Shown here: positions 15,031 to 28,810 of the stretch, piece by piece
How positions within the stretch are numbered: position 1 is the stretch's first letter
Layout: each line of letters begins with the position of its first letter
Origin: the human T2T-CHM13v2.0 reference genome, Homo sapiens
Direction: 5' to 3' (one strand)
Length of the DNA: 64,000 bases
Assembly (NCBI RefSeq): GCF_009914755.1
Contig: NC_060928.1
The notes under the pieces: model-generated
What the model was told of the DNA's origin: nothing
Databases searched by the model: none
Seen by the model: only the letters and a program-made list of their open reading frames with translations
Position numbers and translations under genes: made by a program

Positions 15031-15541
15031 TTATGATAAGTGATATAGAAAAAAGTAAAGAAGCAAGAGAGAGAAAGCCAGGCCAAAATAAAGTCTGCAG
15101 TTTTAGAAAGGATAAAGCCCTCTTCTGAAAAGATGACATGAACAAAACCCAAAAAGGTGTGAGGGAGTCATACAGAACCCAGAAGTGCATGCCACCCAGA
15201 GGGAGGAGCCAGTAGAAACCTGTTGATGCAGGAGGTAAACTGGCCAGTGCAGCATTTAGGGGACCTGTGTACCTTTCTAAGGACTTTAGCATTAACTCTG
15301 GAATGAAATGAGAATTAGGTTTTGAATGAAGAGTCACAGAACTAGACTATGTTTTAAAATGAACTCTGGCTGATGAGCTGAAAAAAGATTGTGTGCGGTG
15401 GTGGGAGGCAGGTTTGGAGGACAGAAACTGTGGAGACAAGAAGGCTGGTTAGAAAGTTTTTTATAATAGTCTCCATGAATATAATGGTTCAGACCAGGGT
15501 GGGAATGATGAAGGTCGTGAAAAATGGTCAGTTTCTGAACA

Positions 15542-15765
15542 CAGATAGTCCCCTACTTAGGATAGCTCAACCTATGATTTTTTGACTTTGAGGGGTTTAT
15601 CTAGATGTAACCCCATCATAAAATGAAGAGCATCTGAACACACAATGGTTCAACTTTTTGACTTTACAATGCGTATGTAGGGTATTAATTGTATTTTCAA
15701 TTTACAACATTTTCAATTTGCAATGGGTTTACTGGGATGTAATCCCAAGTCAAGAAACATCTATA
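15542..15765 (-). mobile_element. MER47/Tigger5-like DNA transposon remnants
   Basis: Terminal motifs CAGATAGTCCCCTACTTAGGAT and CCCCATCATAAAATGAAGAGCATCTG, repeated in a second short copy. Confidence 0.55.
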
Positions 15766-16011
15766 GAGTTTCAAGGAAGATTCAACAGGATTTTCCAGCC
15801 AAATAAATTAATTTGTAAATTACATATGTGTATTTATTCACTGAAAGATACCTGGTGTAAGTCATTAAACCAGAGGAATACACGTTTTACTAATCCTACA
15901 TTCAAATATTTCCTATTCATAATCCCCTGTAATCTATACCCACTGCTATTGTATGGCTCCCAGGCAATATAATGACCATTTGCAATGACTTTTTAAAGTT
16001 TTAAAACACAT

Positions 16012-16017
16012 TTTATT
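16012..16017 (-). terminator. Candidate COX7B2 polyadenylation signal AATAAA
   Basis: TTTATT on the plus strand, about 93 nt downstream of the stop codon. Confidence 0.65.
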
Positions 16018-16109
16018 TTTTCAATTGTGCTATATTTTAATAAGCAGTAGAGTGCTTACATGACAAGTTGGTTTTTTAAACAATTCTGTCATTACAGCAA
16101 CTGTGATGG

Positions 16110-16355
16110 TTACTGATGTTTCCACTCTTTTGGGGTAACTCTGCCAACAGGGGATAGGTTCCATTCTATTCCAATCTGAGTGGCTGTAAACACCCATGTA
16201 GCAACACAGAAAGCAGTTCCACTGGCTAGCACAGCATTACCATATTTATCATGAAAATCTGGTGAGTGTTTTACATGGCTATGTCTTGCCATGCTTTGCA
16301 GAATGCTTTGAATCTTGAGACTGCTTAGTGCATTTCTGGCCAAGGGAAACATCAT
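16110..16355 (-). CDS. COX7B2: Cytochrome c oxidase subunit 7B2 (testis-type retrogene of X-linked COX7B), whole CDS in one exon
   Basis: 81-aa MMFPLARNALSSLKIQSILQSMARHSHVKHSPDFHDKYGNAVLASG...WNLSPVGRVTPKEWKHQ: COX7B family motifs and a basic mitochondrial presequence. Confidence 0.95.
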   Translation of the reverse strand: MMFPLARNALSSLKIQSILQSMARHSHVKHSPDFHDKYGNAVLASGTAFCVATWVFTATQIGIEWNLSPVGRVTPKEWKHQ

Positions 16356-16404
16356 GAAGGATTGCAGTTGCCTTCAGCTACTGGTCTATTTTGTTGCAAA
16401 GAGG

Positions 16405-16422
16405 CTGGAAAGAGAGAAAAGA
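16405..16422 (-). promoter_or_regulatory. Splice acceptor of the COX7B2 terminal (coding) exon; exon starts at 16404
   Basis: Minus strand TCTTTTCTCTCTTTCCAG|CCTC, a strong polypyrimidine tract plus CAG, 49 nt before the ATG. Confidence 0.85.
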
Positions 16423-17014
16423 TATGCATTGATGTCCAATCTTTATTCAATTCCTTCCGCTTTGAATGTCTGGCTACATCACCCCTTGGAGTGGTGTTCA
16501 GGAATGTGAGTTTTGATATAACAATATCTGAATTTGAATCCCAGCTTTGCCACCGATTAGCTATATGAACTTGGGGCAATTATTTAACTTCTTTTTGCCT
16601 CAACATTATTACATGTGATAATCCAAAAGAAAACAACAACAAGGTAAGCATGTAATAAATGTTAGCTTTTCTACTCATCACAAATATCCAATGCATTGAC
16701 TCTACAGACTACAAACTTATTAACATGGCTACAATAGACAGAAAGTCACAGAACACGCCATGCCTCCTCACTCTCCTCCTCCTCGTTTTCTCCCTCCTGC
16801 TTAACCCCTTTCCTTCTCCTTCTTTAACTGTAATACTTACCTTCCCCCTCCTACAGGCAAAATTCTGCTTGCCTTTGAAATTCCGCTCTAAGAGTTACCA
16901 CTTCTGTGAAGTCTTTTCCATATCTCACTAAGTTGAATACACCCCTTTGTCTCTGGGTTATCACACAATTTACAAACTTTTTTTCATAACACTTAACATT
17001 GAGGAATTATCTTT

Positions 17015-18570
17015 TTAAATAGAAATATTTTGGGGAAGCAGTTTTGGTTCACAGCGAAATTGAGCAGAAGACATTGAGAGTTCCCATGTACCCTGACCCT
17101 ATACACCCACAGCCTCCCTAGCTATCAACATCTTCCACCAGGGTTGTACATTTGTTGGAATCAATAAACCTACATTGACATTTCATGATTACCCAAAGTC
17201 CATAGTTTACATGAAGGTTCACTCCTGATATTGTACATTCTATAGGTTTTAAAAAATGTATAATGACATGTATCCATCATTTTAGTATCATACAGAATAG
17301 TTTCAGTGCCCTAAAAAGCCCTCTGTGCTCTGCTTATGTTACCGAAACACCAAAGGTTTGGTCTCTGTCCTGCTGCTCACCACACAGAAAGCCAATCACT
17401 GAGACACCAAGTATTGCCAAGGAAGAAGGGTTTAATCAGGTACTGCAGCAGAGGAGATGGGAGCTCAGTTTCAAATCCATCTCCCTGACTTAAACCAGGG
17501 CTTTATATAGCAGGCAAGAAATGTAAAAATGTGTAAGAAAACAGGCATTTGGGAAGAGAAAGGAAGCAATCATGGTGAATGATGGGTCCAGCATCTGGTG
17601 TGGTGATCTGGTTTCATTTTTTTTTTTACTTTTTGTGAGAGGCCTAAAGGTCATTTCCTGAGGAAGGAACTCAGATAAAACAAATAAAAGTTTCAAGCTT
17701 CTTAACACTAGAAGGGTCAATTTCTATGTTTATCAAAAAGAACAGTCTACAGGGCAATGGTTCGGTTTCACCTATTCATCTTTCTGTTTTGACTTACTCC
17801 TGGCAACCACTGATCTTTTTACTGTCTCCACAGTTTTGCCTTTTTCAGAATGTCATATAGTTGTAATCATACAGTATACCTGTTCAGACTGGCTTCTTTC
17901 ACTTCAAAATATACTTTTAAAGTTCATTCATATCTTTTTGTGGCTCGAGAGTGCATTTCTTTTTAGTGCTAATTAATATTCCACTGTCTGGATGCACCAC
18001 AATTTATCTATTATTTTACTGAAGGACATCTTGATTGCTTCTAAGATTCAATTAGTACGAATACAACTGCTGTTGCTATAAACATCTGTGGGTAGGGTTT
18101 TGTCTGAATATATTTTTAACTAATTTAGGTAAATCAAGGAGCGTGATTGCTGAATCACATAATTTGTTTAGTTTTATAAGAAACTGCCTAACTGCCTTCC
18201 AAAGTGGCTGTACCATTTTGAGTTCCCACCAGCACTGAATGAGAGTTTCTTTTGTTCCACATCCTGGCCAGCATTTGATGTTGTTAGTGTTCTGGATTTG
18301 GGCCATTCTAATCGGTAAATAGGTGTTTCATTTGCAGTTCCCTGATGACATATAATGTCCAGCATCTTTTTATATGCTTGTTTGCCATCTTCATCTCCCC
18401 TTTGGGAAGTATCTATTTCAGGCCTTTCGCTTATTTTAAAAATTCAGGTTGTTCATTTTCTTATTGTTGAATTTTAAGAGTTCTTTGTATATTCTGGATA
18501 ACAGTCCTCAATTCGATATGGATTTTGTAAATACTTTCTTCAAGCCTGTGGTTTGCCTTGTCATTCTCCT
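17015..18570 (-). mobile_element. Old L1M (MB/MC-type) 3' region, interrupted by an LTR
   Basis: L1M 3' UTR motifs and decayed ORF2 C-terminus (NNIKCW...QPLWK). Confidence 0.75.
17337..17770 (-). mobile_element. MER4-group (MER83-like) ERV1 solo LTR
   Basis: TG...CA ends, 4-bp near-TSD CTTA/CCTA; reverse-complement homologue of 25247-25672. Confidence 0.75.
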
Positions 18571-21500
18571 AAGGAATTATCTTTTTATTCTCTTCTGATA
18601 AACTGCAAGTTCTCCAAGAGCAAGGGAGGTAACTGCATATAAAGTAGCTGACACAAAAGCATAAAAAGATCTTTTTAAAACCAATCTGAAATATAAGTGA
18701 ATATTGGTATCCTCATAAGAAGCTAAAATGAATGCTAAGAACAAGCCAAAATACAATGAAATTAGATGTGCATTTCATAATAGCCAAAATTATTTTATTT
18801 CTTAGATAGTTACAAGAAATCTGGAAGTAGAAACATAAAATAATTCTTTAAATTTATCTTCCTGTGTGCAAGTTGTCAAACAACACTCTGTCTTCAGCAA
18901 TGACATATCTTAACTGTGGCCCAAACATAGGCAACACAGATATAAAAGGCCCTGAGGTCAATACTTGTAAACATAACTATTCACTGAGATTTTCCAGCTC
19001 AGAAGACTTTATTCCAACTTTGAAAACAAGACCCCAAGGTTCTCTTTTATTTCCTACCATATGGTAAGTGGTACTCATCATGATTGTGACAAACAGGGCA
19101 ACCAGAGCCAAATTAATTTCTTCCGAGGTTCAAGATATTAAAAAATGTTTCCTGTTAGTCATGAATCTTCCCACCCAAAGACACCAAGGTTTTCATTTGA
19201 ATTGAATTCAGAGAGTAGGCAGAAGGTGACATCGGTCAGGGTATGACAGGTGCAGCCTTAATCCAGTACAAAAGGACCTGTGCCACACATTGCTTTCATT
19301 CTTTAGGAAGACACATAACCAAAGAATGATTTGTGATAACAGGGATTTCTAGTGGGTCGGCTCATGCTTGCTGCTTTATGACAAATTGATTTCATTTTTC
19401 TTATACTCATGATGTTACATTTAAATTCAGATCCTTTGTCTCTAGTGACATTGATCACATTTCTTAGAAGCTTAGTTCATCCTTTGGCTATTCCCATATC
19501 TATAAAGCTTTTCTTTTCCATCTAGCCTGAATTTTCTTGAACCAGTAAGTCTATTACTAAGAATTCTCCTTTAGGAAATCCTTCCATAGTTTGCAGTTGG
19601 CATTTCATCCTATAATAAACAAACTGCAGTCTCTTTGCTCTTTTTCTTTTCCTTGTCGGCATCAGCTACATCCGTCTCAACTGCCTTCAGATCTATCTTA
19701 TCTTTATCTTTATAAAATACATGTAAAAGCTAAGAAAATTCAAGGAATTTTCCATATTGTTTAAACCCATATTACATACCTCTACAATAAATTTTGTGTT
19801 ATCAGTAAGTCCTACTCCTATTATCTAAAGAACTAAAGCTACAGGTTCTAATATCCATATGAAAGCATAAAAAAGAAATTCAATAATATAGTAGGTAAAG
19901 GAAATGTTTCTGAAAGTAGATCTTTCTGACAAAAATAGACTACAAAAAGATAGAGGAAGACAGATTTCTCTAGGTAGTAAAAACAAAGTAAAAGTTCCCT
20001 CATGCCCATGGCAGTAAAAGAAATATGTTCTGAATAAATATAAATGGTTAAAGGGAGTGAAGTATTCATTGAAGTTGAAAGACTGATTGTGTCATCTATT
20101 ATATGTAGTCATCTTAAAGTTCTTTCTGCAAAAAATAACTAATACTTGATCTCAGTCTAACTACAATAAGGAAGTATATAAATCTGAAGCTTCACTGGTA
20201 ACGATAATAATTTCAAATCGCTGAAGGCTATCAAAAGAAGTAAAACAACAGTGTAGTAAGGAAACTAACATTTATTGAGTATATACCTGTGTGTTAAGAC
20301 ATTGTGCCAAGATTTTGCACATCTGAAAAAATGGTGTGGAAGGATGACTGTTTAACCTTGTTTTACACCTAAGAACAAATGACAGGAAAGGATGTGAATG
20401 TAAGTCCTCTGATTCTAAATCCAACTAATTCTTCAACCATACCATGTTTTCTTAAAGTGTATTCAACTCTGAGTATTGGAAAATGATCAAACAAACCAAA
20501 CCAAACCAAAACAAAACAAAACAAAACAAAACCAAGCTGGTTACCAGAGATGGCTCTTTAATTGGAAATGGTTCACAGCACTTTGCTATTTATTTACCTA
20601 TTAACTACTGTACGTTACAGCCTGGGATAGATGTCATCAGCACAATGTCTACTCTAAAGAAGCTTATGGTATAGTGGAGAAATAAATAATTATTGCTCTA
20701 CATAAGGAAGTAGGCTAGAAACTAGCACAGGGTGTATTTAGTTCACAGAGGAGGGGGCGTTTTATCCTGAGATCCTAGGAATGGTTTTAGAAGAGATGAT
20801 ACCTAAGCTAGATCTTGAAATATTATTTTGAAATAGACAGAAACAAAAATTGTTGGTGGGGAGGAATACAGAGATGGAGAAGCAAAACGTAAGCACACAG
20901 GCTGGAATTAATACAGAGACAAGGCAATCTGGTGAGCTCGGTAACACTACGTAATAAGCATTGAAGCAACAAATGCCCAACAGATGAGCCTGGAGACATG
21001 AGAAAAGAATGGCACACTGGGGACTTTAAATGCTTTGCTATGGCATTTGACTCAATTCTACAGGTCAGTGTTTCCCATTATTTAAAACCTTTGCTGTTTT
21101 AATACTCACAAACTTTGCTGTTGAGTTAACAATGAGAATTTTTAATTTATTAATAAATTAAATCAAAATTCATTTTTAATTTTTTATTTTCATGATAATA
21201 TAAAAATAATATGAGACCTGGATGATGCAGCTTATCAATTTCTAGTGTCTCTGTTTATCTTTGTTCTGCATTTTAGCTGCAAAGGTATATAGCAATTATT
21301 TGCCCTGGGTTAATGCAAAAAGAATGGATGCAGCTTTTATGTTAAAGTGTTCGTTTGCAAGGGACAAAATAAAGAATTAGAAGAATTGAGTCATACCAAA
21401 GCTTACTAACCACAGACATGTGAAAATAAAAGAACTATGATCACTACAAACAGTGTTAGAGTTTCAGGACAATGTTAACTGTCATACTGTTAACATGACA

Positions 21501-22426
21501 AATTTGATCTTTATTTGTTGTATAGTTTGTTTCATTTTTTATTTGAAAACATGTTTTGGTTTTATCGTTGTATTAAGCTCCCAATATAATGAAGATCAAT
21601 TCAGTTTCAAGTTTACCCATATGTAAGTTATTTTGTAATAAAATAATTTAAGATGGTACAAGTGATGAAATAACTTTAAGAAGATTCCAAACGTAACTCA
21701 AGTTTGAGAAACATTCCTGTAGGTGAGGAGAAACTATTGATTGGTGTAATCAGAAAACACATTTTACAAACGTAATTGTTAGGTGTAAAATGGACGGAGA
21801 GATGACAAAAATGCCAAAAATTTAAGATGTTAGTTAACTATTGATGGCAATGCTTAATGAAAAAGAAAATAATGATCTAAATTAAGTACTCATACCAGAA
21901 ATAGAAAGAAGATAGAATCGAGAAATATAAATAAAATAAAAATCAGATCAATTTAGTAAGTAAGTTACTCTAACTAAATTGAGTATTCCATTCACTTAAC
22001 CTCTGGGTTGATTTCACCCAAAACCTCTGTGCTGATTTCTGTTCAAAATCAGCAGATATTGACACTGTAGCTTGTTGCTGACCTTGGGAATCAGAGTTTG
22101 GGTGATCTAGGCACCGAATACTGAAAGGTCAAAGCATACATAATTAAGGTGTGCCACAGAAAGGCAGGTTTAGATGCCTGAGTAGAAGGGGGAGGCATCT
22201 TCAAAAGGATTTGCTGTATGATCCAAAAACAAAATAATAACTGTATCCAGTCTAAGTAAGTATAGCCCAACATGGACCAACAAATGACCCACTTAGCTTC
22301 GATATAGGCTTTTTATGTAATTTCAAGAAGAAAACAAAACAGAGTCCTATTTCTCACATTGCCCAGATATTACTCTTAAATAGTTCAGAGGAAGATGAAG
22401 CTCAAGAAGGCATTAAGGGGTATATC

Positions 22427-22647
22427 AGGGTTTCCCAATCTGGATACAACTGATATTTTGGTATGAATAATTCTTTGTTGGAGAGGGGAAAAGTAATCCT
22501 GTGCATTGTAAGATGTTTAGTAGCATCCCTACCTCTACCCACTAAATAACAGCAGTAGTATCCCCCAGTTTTGACACCATAAATGTCTCCAGACCTTGCT
22601 AAATGTTACCTAGGGTGCAAAATCATTCCCAGTTCAGAACCACTGCT
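22427..22647. mobile_element. MER20 hAT-Charlie MITE
   Basis: CAGGGTTTCCCAA...AGAACCACTG terminal inverted repeats and a MER20-like body. Confidence 0.75.
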
Positions 22648-25246
22648 GTATATACAGAAAGGTGTATCCTCCCCTATCACTTCTCCGCCATGAATGACAC
22701 CATTCTATACAATAGAGAAGGCAACTTAAAATCTAAGAAAATAAATTATCCTGGTCCCTACCATGGGATGCAAAAATGTTGCCCATCAACATTTTTCCTG
22801 AACTAATCCCAATATTTTAAATGGTTTATGATACAACTCAGATGAATCACTTAATCTACCTGGACAGCTGCTTACCCCCTATAAAATAAAAAAGTTGAAC
22901 TAATTTAGTTTTTCCAAACCTATCTGATCCTAAAAGTCATCTGGAATCTTTATGACAAAATGTAGATTCCTGGGCTCAATTTCAAATGTACTGTAACAGA
23001 GTCTCCAAGGGGAGTAGCCTGAGAATCTGTATTTTTTAAAACAAATTCTCAGGAGAGTTTTATCATCAGAAATATTTATGGAACATTGAGTCAGATAATC
23101 TCCAAGGTACTATCCAGCTCTAACACTCTGGGCTTTTCCTTGGCGGAAAAATAAAAAGAAGCATTTTAGGAAGACCATTTATTCTTTTAGGCCACTGAAA
23201 GAGTACAATAGTAATTGAATCTACTACCATGGTAATTTAGAAAGCAGTACCTGAGTGACCTGAAAGAGTTATAGGGACCCCCTGGGAATAAGTTAGTCAA
23301 AAGAAACATTTGGTAGCATTTAAAAACATTAAAAGCATTAGTAATACAGGTGTTCTGCTGTATAAATGAATGATACACTTTTGGAGCTAGGACTCCTGGA
23401 CATTACTCAACTGAAATACCTTGATTTCCACTTGCTTTTATTTCCACTCTTCTTTTTACAGCTTCATGATATCAATGCAAAATAAGAAACAATAAAAAAA
23501 AGCAATCTTCTTGAAATGGAAATGCACATAACCTGCAGTGTCTTCAATTCATTTATGTATTTGTCAGCAGATGATGATGCTCAAGTAGGGATTAAGTGTA
23601 CACGGTGCAAAGTGTCCCCTTTCACAATATATTCAAGTTTTCAGCCATTTCATAACAGGAAATATGGGAACTCTGAAAGAAGCAATGCCGCTGGTAAAAA
23701 TGCTGAACAATGGTTCTATTTTATATGTAATGGCATCATCTCCTAAGTCACTGAATTGATGGATAGTACAACCATTTGCTTAAGGCTGTGTTTTATGTCA
23801 CTTCATTAAGCCTAAAAAGTTACAGAAATGGATGCTACCTAAACAAACAGAAAGGCAGATTATAGCAGTGAATTGTTATGCCTGGAGGAAAAATAAGAGA
23901 GTGGACAAAGAACCTGTGAGCTGGTGTCCTCAAATGCCATATGTTGCCTGAAGAGTAAAGGGATATTGAGGTAGGCACTCTCGCTCAGATTCTTCCCAGT
24001 CACAGTCTAAATGAACAGATCATTTCTATCCCATATGGAGTGTTGAAAGTATTCAGTAATGCCCAGTCTGAGAATAATCACAGTGTTCATTTAGGCAGTT
24101 TCTTTTATGGAGCAGATCACATTAAGGTGGTTCACTCATTAAGTACCCATAATATTTTCTTTAATCATAAGGTCCTTCCAACTATACTCACTCTTTTTCC
24201 TTTCTGATAGCTATGAGTAAGAGATAACAAAACAGTGGCATACAGGTTGAAGGCTTTTCTGTGTGTCACACTGTGAGTCAGTGTCCCAACTGTGCAACAA
24301 TTCTTATTTTGTTCATTATTAAACTTCAAGTAGGCCCAACACATTTCCTCAAAGTGGATGTCTATGTTATTTTGACATTACAGTACCTTTCAAATATGTA
24401 CAGTTCACCAGCTAAGGTCCCAAAATGTGCTAGTCCCTTAGTGTAATCACATTTCTGCATTCAAATCTTCAGCTTTGCAGGGCAAGATCACAATTACTTT
24501 GCACAGGTATCTAAAAAGGACAAACCTCTGAGAATCTGTCTCATGCTAATGGAACTCTCAGAAACTGATGTATAAACTGGAATGTAGGAATGTATTTCAT
24601 TAACTTAAAAAAAGTATATTCCATCCCAGTGGCTGAAATACATAGTCTCTTAGCTTTAATAGTTTGACAGTGATTCCAATTGAAAAGGGATCTTATGTCA
24701 GTATTTCCCAAAATATGCCTATTTCACTAGTTCTCTTTGATGTTATATTAATAGAAGTTACTTGAAAACGGGGTTTCGATGTTATCTAAGTTTTGAGAAG
24801 TATGCAGCTAACAAAGTCAAATTTTCTTTATTGAAGTATTTTTCCAACCTCTATTGTGCTAAACAGTGATTCTTTGAGAGGGATGGCATGTGGTGTATTC
24901 CAAATGTAGCTAAACATGCCATGCTTTTTTTCCCCCTGAAGCATTATCTCCAGATTAGTGTTTTGCAGAACACAATTAGGGGAAAACCAAAGGATGCCTC
25001 TGTGTTCTCAATATTGTTACATCACTGTACTCATTTCCAAAGGCTTAATGGATCCAGGAGGCATCTCAAAAACTAAATCATTTCCTTGTGGGAACTTTTA
25101 ACATAAGATTCAAGGAGTACAGGGTGTGTGGTAATCCCAGTTTGTCTTAACAACACTCATAAGAGCAATGAACTCTAGCCTTCATTATATGATTCTAACT
25201 TTGGCAGTTTTAATATTTGTGCAGATGTTTCTCTGGTTTCAACATC

Positions 25247-25672
25247 TGAAATTGACCCAATGGTCCCATAGTTTTTTTTTTGTATAAACATAGAAAATTG
25301 ACCCTTCTTGTTTTAAAGCTTGAAAGTTACATTTGTTTCATCTGAGTTCCTTCCTCCGAGAAGGAGCCCCAGGCGTCTCAAAAAGCATCAAAGTACCAGA
25401 TCCCCGCATCCAGACAATGGGACACCAGTCCCCTCATTCATCATGATTACCTCCTTAGGCCTCCTGAGCTCCTATTTTCCTATGCATTGCTACATTTCTT
25501 CCCTGCTATAAACCCTTAATTTCAGTCGGTCGGAGAGACGAATTTGAGATTGATCTCCCTCCCATCTCCTTGGCTATAGCAGCCAACCTCTGCTATAATC
25601 GTTGTCTCAGTCATTGGCTTTCTCTGTGGTGAGCAGCAGAACCTAGACCAAACCCGCGGTGTTACGGTAACA
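25247..25672 (+). mobile_element. MER4-group (MER83-like) ERV1 solo LTR
   Basis: TGAAATTGACCCAAT...GGTAACA with perfect 4-bp TSD CATC. Confidence 0.8.
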
Positions 25673-25902
25673 CATCCATCTTTATTAATTATATAGACTC
25701 TGAATAAAAATATTTCATGATTCTACGTGGCCATTAAAGGTGAATCAATGACCCCTCATTGCATAATTTGAAACTTTCATTAAAACTTTGAAATGGGCTT
25801 GTCAAAGTCATTTCTGCCTTCAATCTATCACTGATATATTTAGGTAAAAGTATACAGGAAACATTGGCCTGTTTAACTTTTAGATATCAAAGATATTTTA
25901 AT

Positions 25903-26197
25903 TTTTTTTTTTTTTTTTTTTTTTTGGGAGACGGAGTCTCTCTCTGTCACCTAGGCTGTAGTGCAGTGGCGTAATCTCGGCTCACTGCACCCTCCACCTC
26001 CCAGGTTCAAGCAATTCTCCCGCCTCAGCTGGACTACAGGCGCACGCTGGCACGCCCGGCTAATTTTGTTGTGTTTTTAGTAGAGACGGGGTTTCACTGT
26101 GTTGTCCAGGCTGGTTTTGAATTCCTGAGCTCAGGCAATCTGCCTGCCTCAGCCTCCCAAAGTGCTAGGATTACAGGTGTGAGCCACTGTGCCCAGC
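25903..26197 (-). mobile_element. AluS
   Basis: T-tail and TSD AGATATTTT(T)AATTTTT. Confidence 0.92.
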
Positions 26198-28254
26198 CAG
26201 ATATTTTAATTTTTAAAGACACATTTACCAATTGTTTCCATTTCGCATTAAAATTGTTTGCAGTTGCCAACCAGAACTCAAGCCAGTAAGGGTCCAGTCC
26301 AGAAGTTAATTTTGATAAAATTACCCATTTAGATTGGAATATTTAGCACTGCAAAGTAATCTTTTCCACCTTGCTTCTGCAAACTCCAGATTATTTATTT
26401 CCAACTTGGACTATCTCTGTGCTCCTAAATTCTGCTCAAAATATACCTGTTAATTAATATTTTTATGAATAAGGCTCTTGTTATTGCTATCACCTAGATA
26501 ACTTATGGTGCATTCGCAGAGAAATTTCATCTGATGAGAAGAACACATAACAGCATTGAAGTAGTAACTCTAATCATTGAAAGCTGTTTTACTAGGCCAG
26601 TGCTTTCAGTATAATTTTCTTTTTTTCACTTTCATAACATTTTGGAGACTTTAAAAAAACTTTTAACAAGATATTGGTAAAAATAACTTTTAACAAGATA
26701 TTTTACCTATCCTTTTTTCCCCCTTGGATTCATTATTTGTAAGTGAGAAAAACTGGCCAGAGGGGCAAACTTTGGTACACTGATTTTTTTTTCCTTCTTG
26801 TAGATGCCTCAGCAGAAACAGTGAGACAGGATGCACTTTGCTAAACTTTGGGGCAGGGTGCTTATTTTAGTGAACTGATATTTCATTTTAGTTTTTCTTT
26901 TAAGTTCCTGAGGGAAGGATCTTAAGGAAGAAAGCAAGCCTGAAAGAGGTTACCCATCTAAAAACATGCAACAAAAAATCAGAATACAGATTTTTGTTTT
27001 GAAATCCTACAATTTCCAATTACATTCTTGTTTCAGAGAGGTTACAAGGTTTCAACCTCTATTTCATTAATCTAACGGAGTCTAAAATTTCTTAAGGCTA
27101 AAAGGGCACCCCTAAACTAAATTAACATAATCATCTGAATATTTGTTAATTAGAAAAGTAAGATTTCTATGCAAATAGGCCAGAATTTTCAAACACTAGA
27201 TACAGTTTATATAGTTTAGAGCCACTGTTGATAATGGAATGGTAGGTTTTCTTATACAGATAATGTATTTTATCATATTCATCAAATAAAAAACCATCAG
27301 ATCTGAAAGACCTAGAGATCACTTTATATTGCCCTTTAATATTTTAATAATCTTTTGGTCACTGGCCATTCATGACTTGATGCATGTTGAAGAACAATGT
27401 GGGTAGAAATTAGAGTGTGAATGGCAAATAGTAAATACACAGAACCCAATACTCCTTTCCTGGCTTTATACTCTATTTGAGGAAGAGGCAGAGAGCCAAA
27501 CTCATATATGTGTTTTCTAATGAAAAGAAATTATAAAAGTGGCACAAAGATCTAAGTGTAGAACAGGTAAGGGACCTAAATCTTTTGCCCTCCTCTAGAA
27601 TCAGGGCATTGACCAAAAGTGGAGCATGGAGTACGCTGTCACCAGAGGTAGGCAGAATGGATATTGAATGGGGCGGAAACAAAAGATGTCCATTATACAT
27701 TGAAAGTACAGTGGAAACAAAGAGGTTTATTCATTGAGAGAGACCAGTGGACTAGATTTTCTAAAGTTTCTTCCTCCTCTATGATTTTGTTTCTATATCT
27801 AAAGTTTCATATAAGTGTGATACACTGCCCCAGAGGAGTCTAAGGCTGGGGCAAATCTACAATGTGTGAGGATGGGAACATGCAGTCTTTTTAAGCAACT
27901 TGTTTCCACAAATAAAAGTTGCCCTTTCCAAGGTTTTTAGTGCATGACAAGATCCCTTAGAAAACCCTAAATAGCACTACTTTGTTACTTAAACTTATTT
28001 TGTTTACTTAAACTTGATTAAACTGAGCTCCTATTATGTGACTACAGCCTACTAAACACAGGAATTACCATAAAAATAATGGATAAGAATGATTTATCTT
28101 TTCAGGAATGCTCAGCAGAAGAGGCAGATAATGATAAGGTTTCAATGTGCAAAAAGTAATAAAAAATATGATCAGGCTGCTATGTCACCAAAAATATGAG
28201 ACATCTTTCCCAAACAAACAGACCAGGAAAAGCCTTCTGGAGTAAGTTTACCTA

Positions 28255-28810
<556 letters not shown>

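Noticed and set aside
17337-25672. Two related LTRs as the ends of one provirus
   Set aside because: They are in opposite orientation, each has its own TSD, and there is no ERV internal sequence between them.
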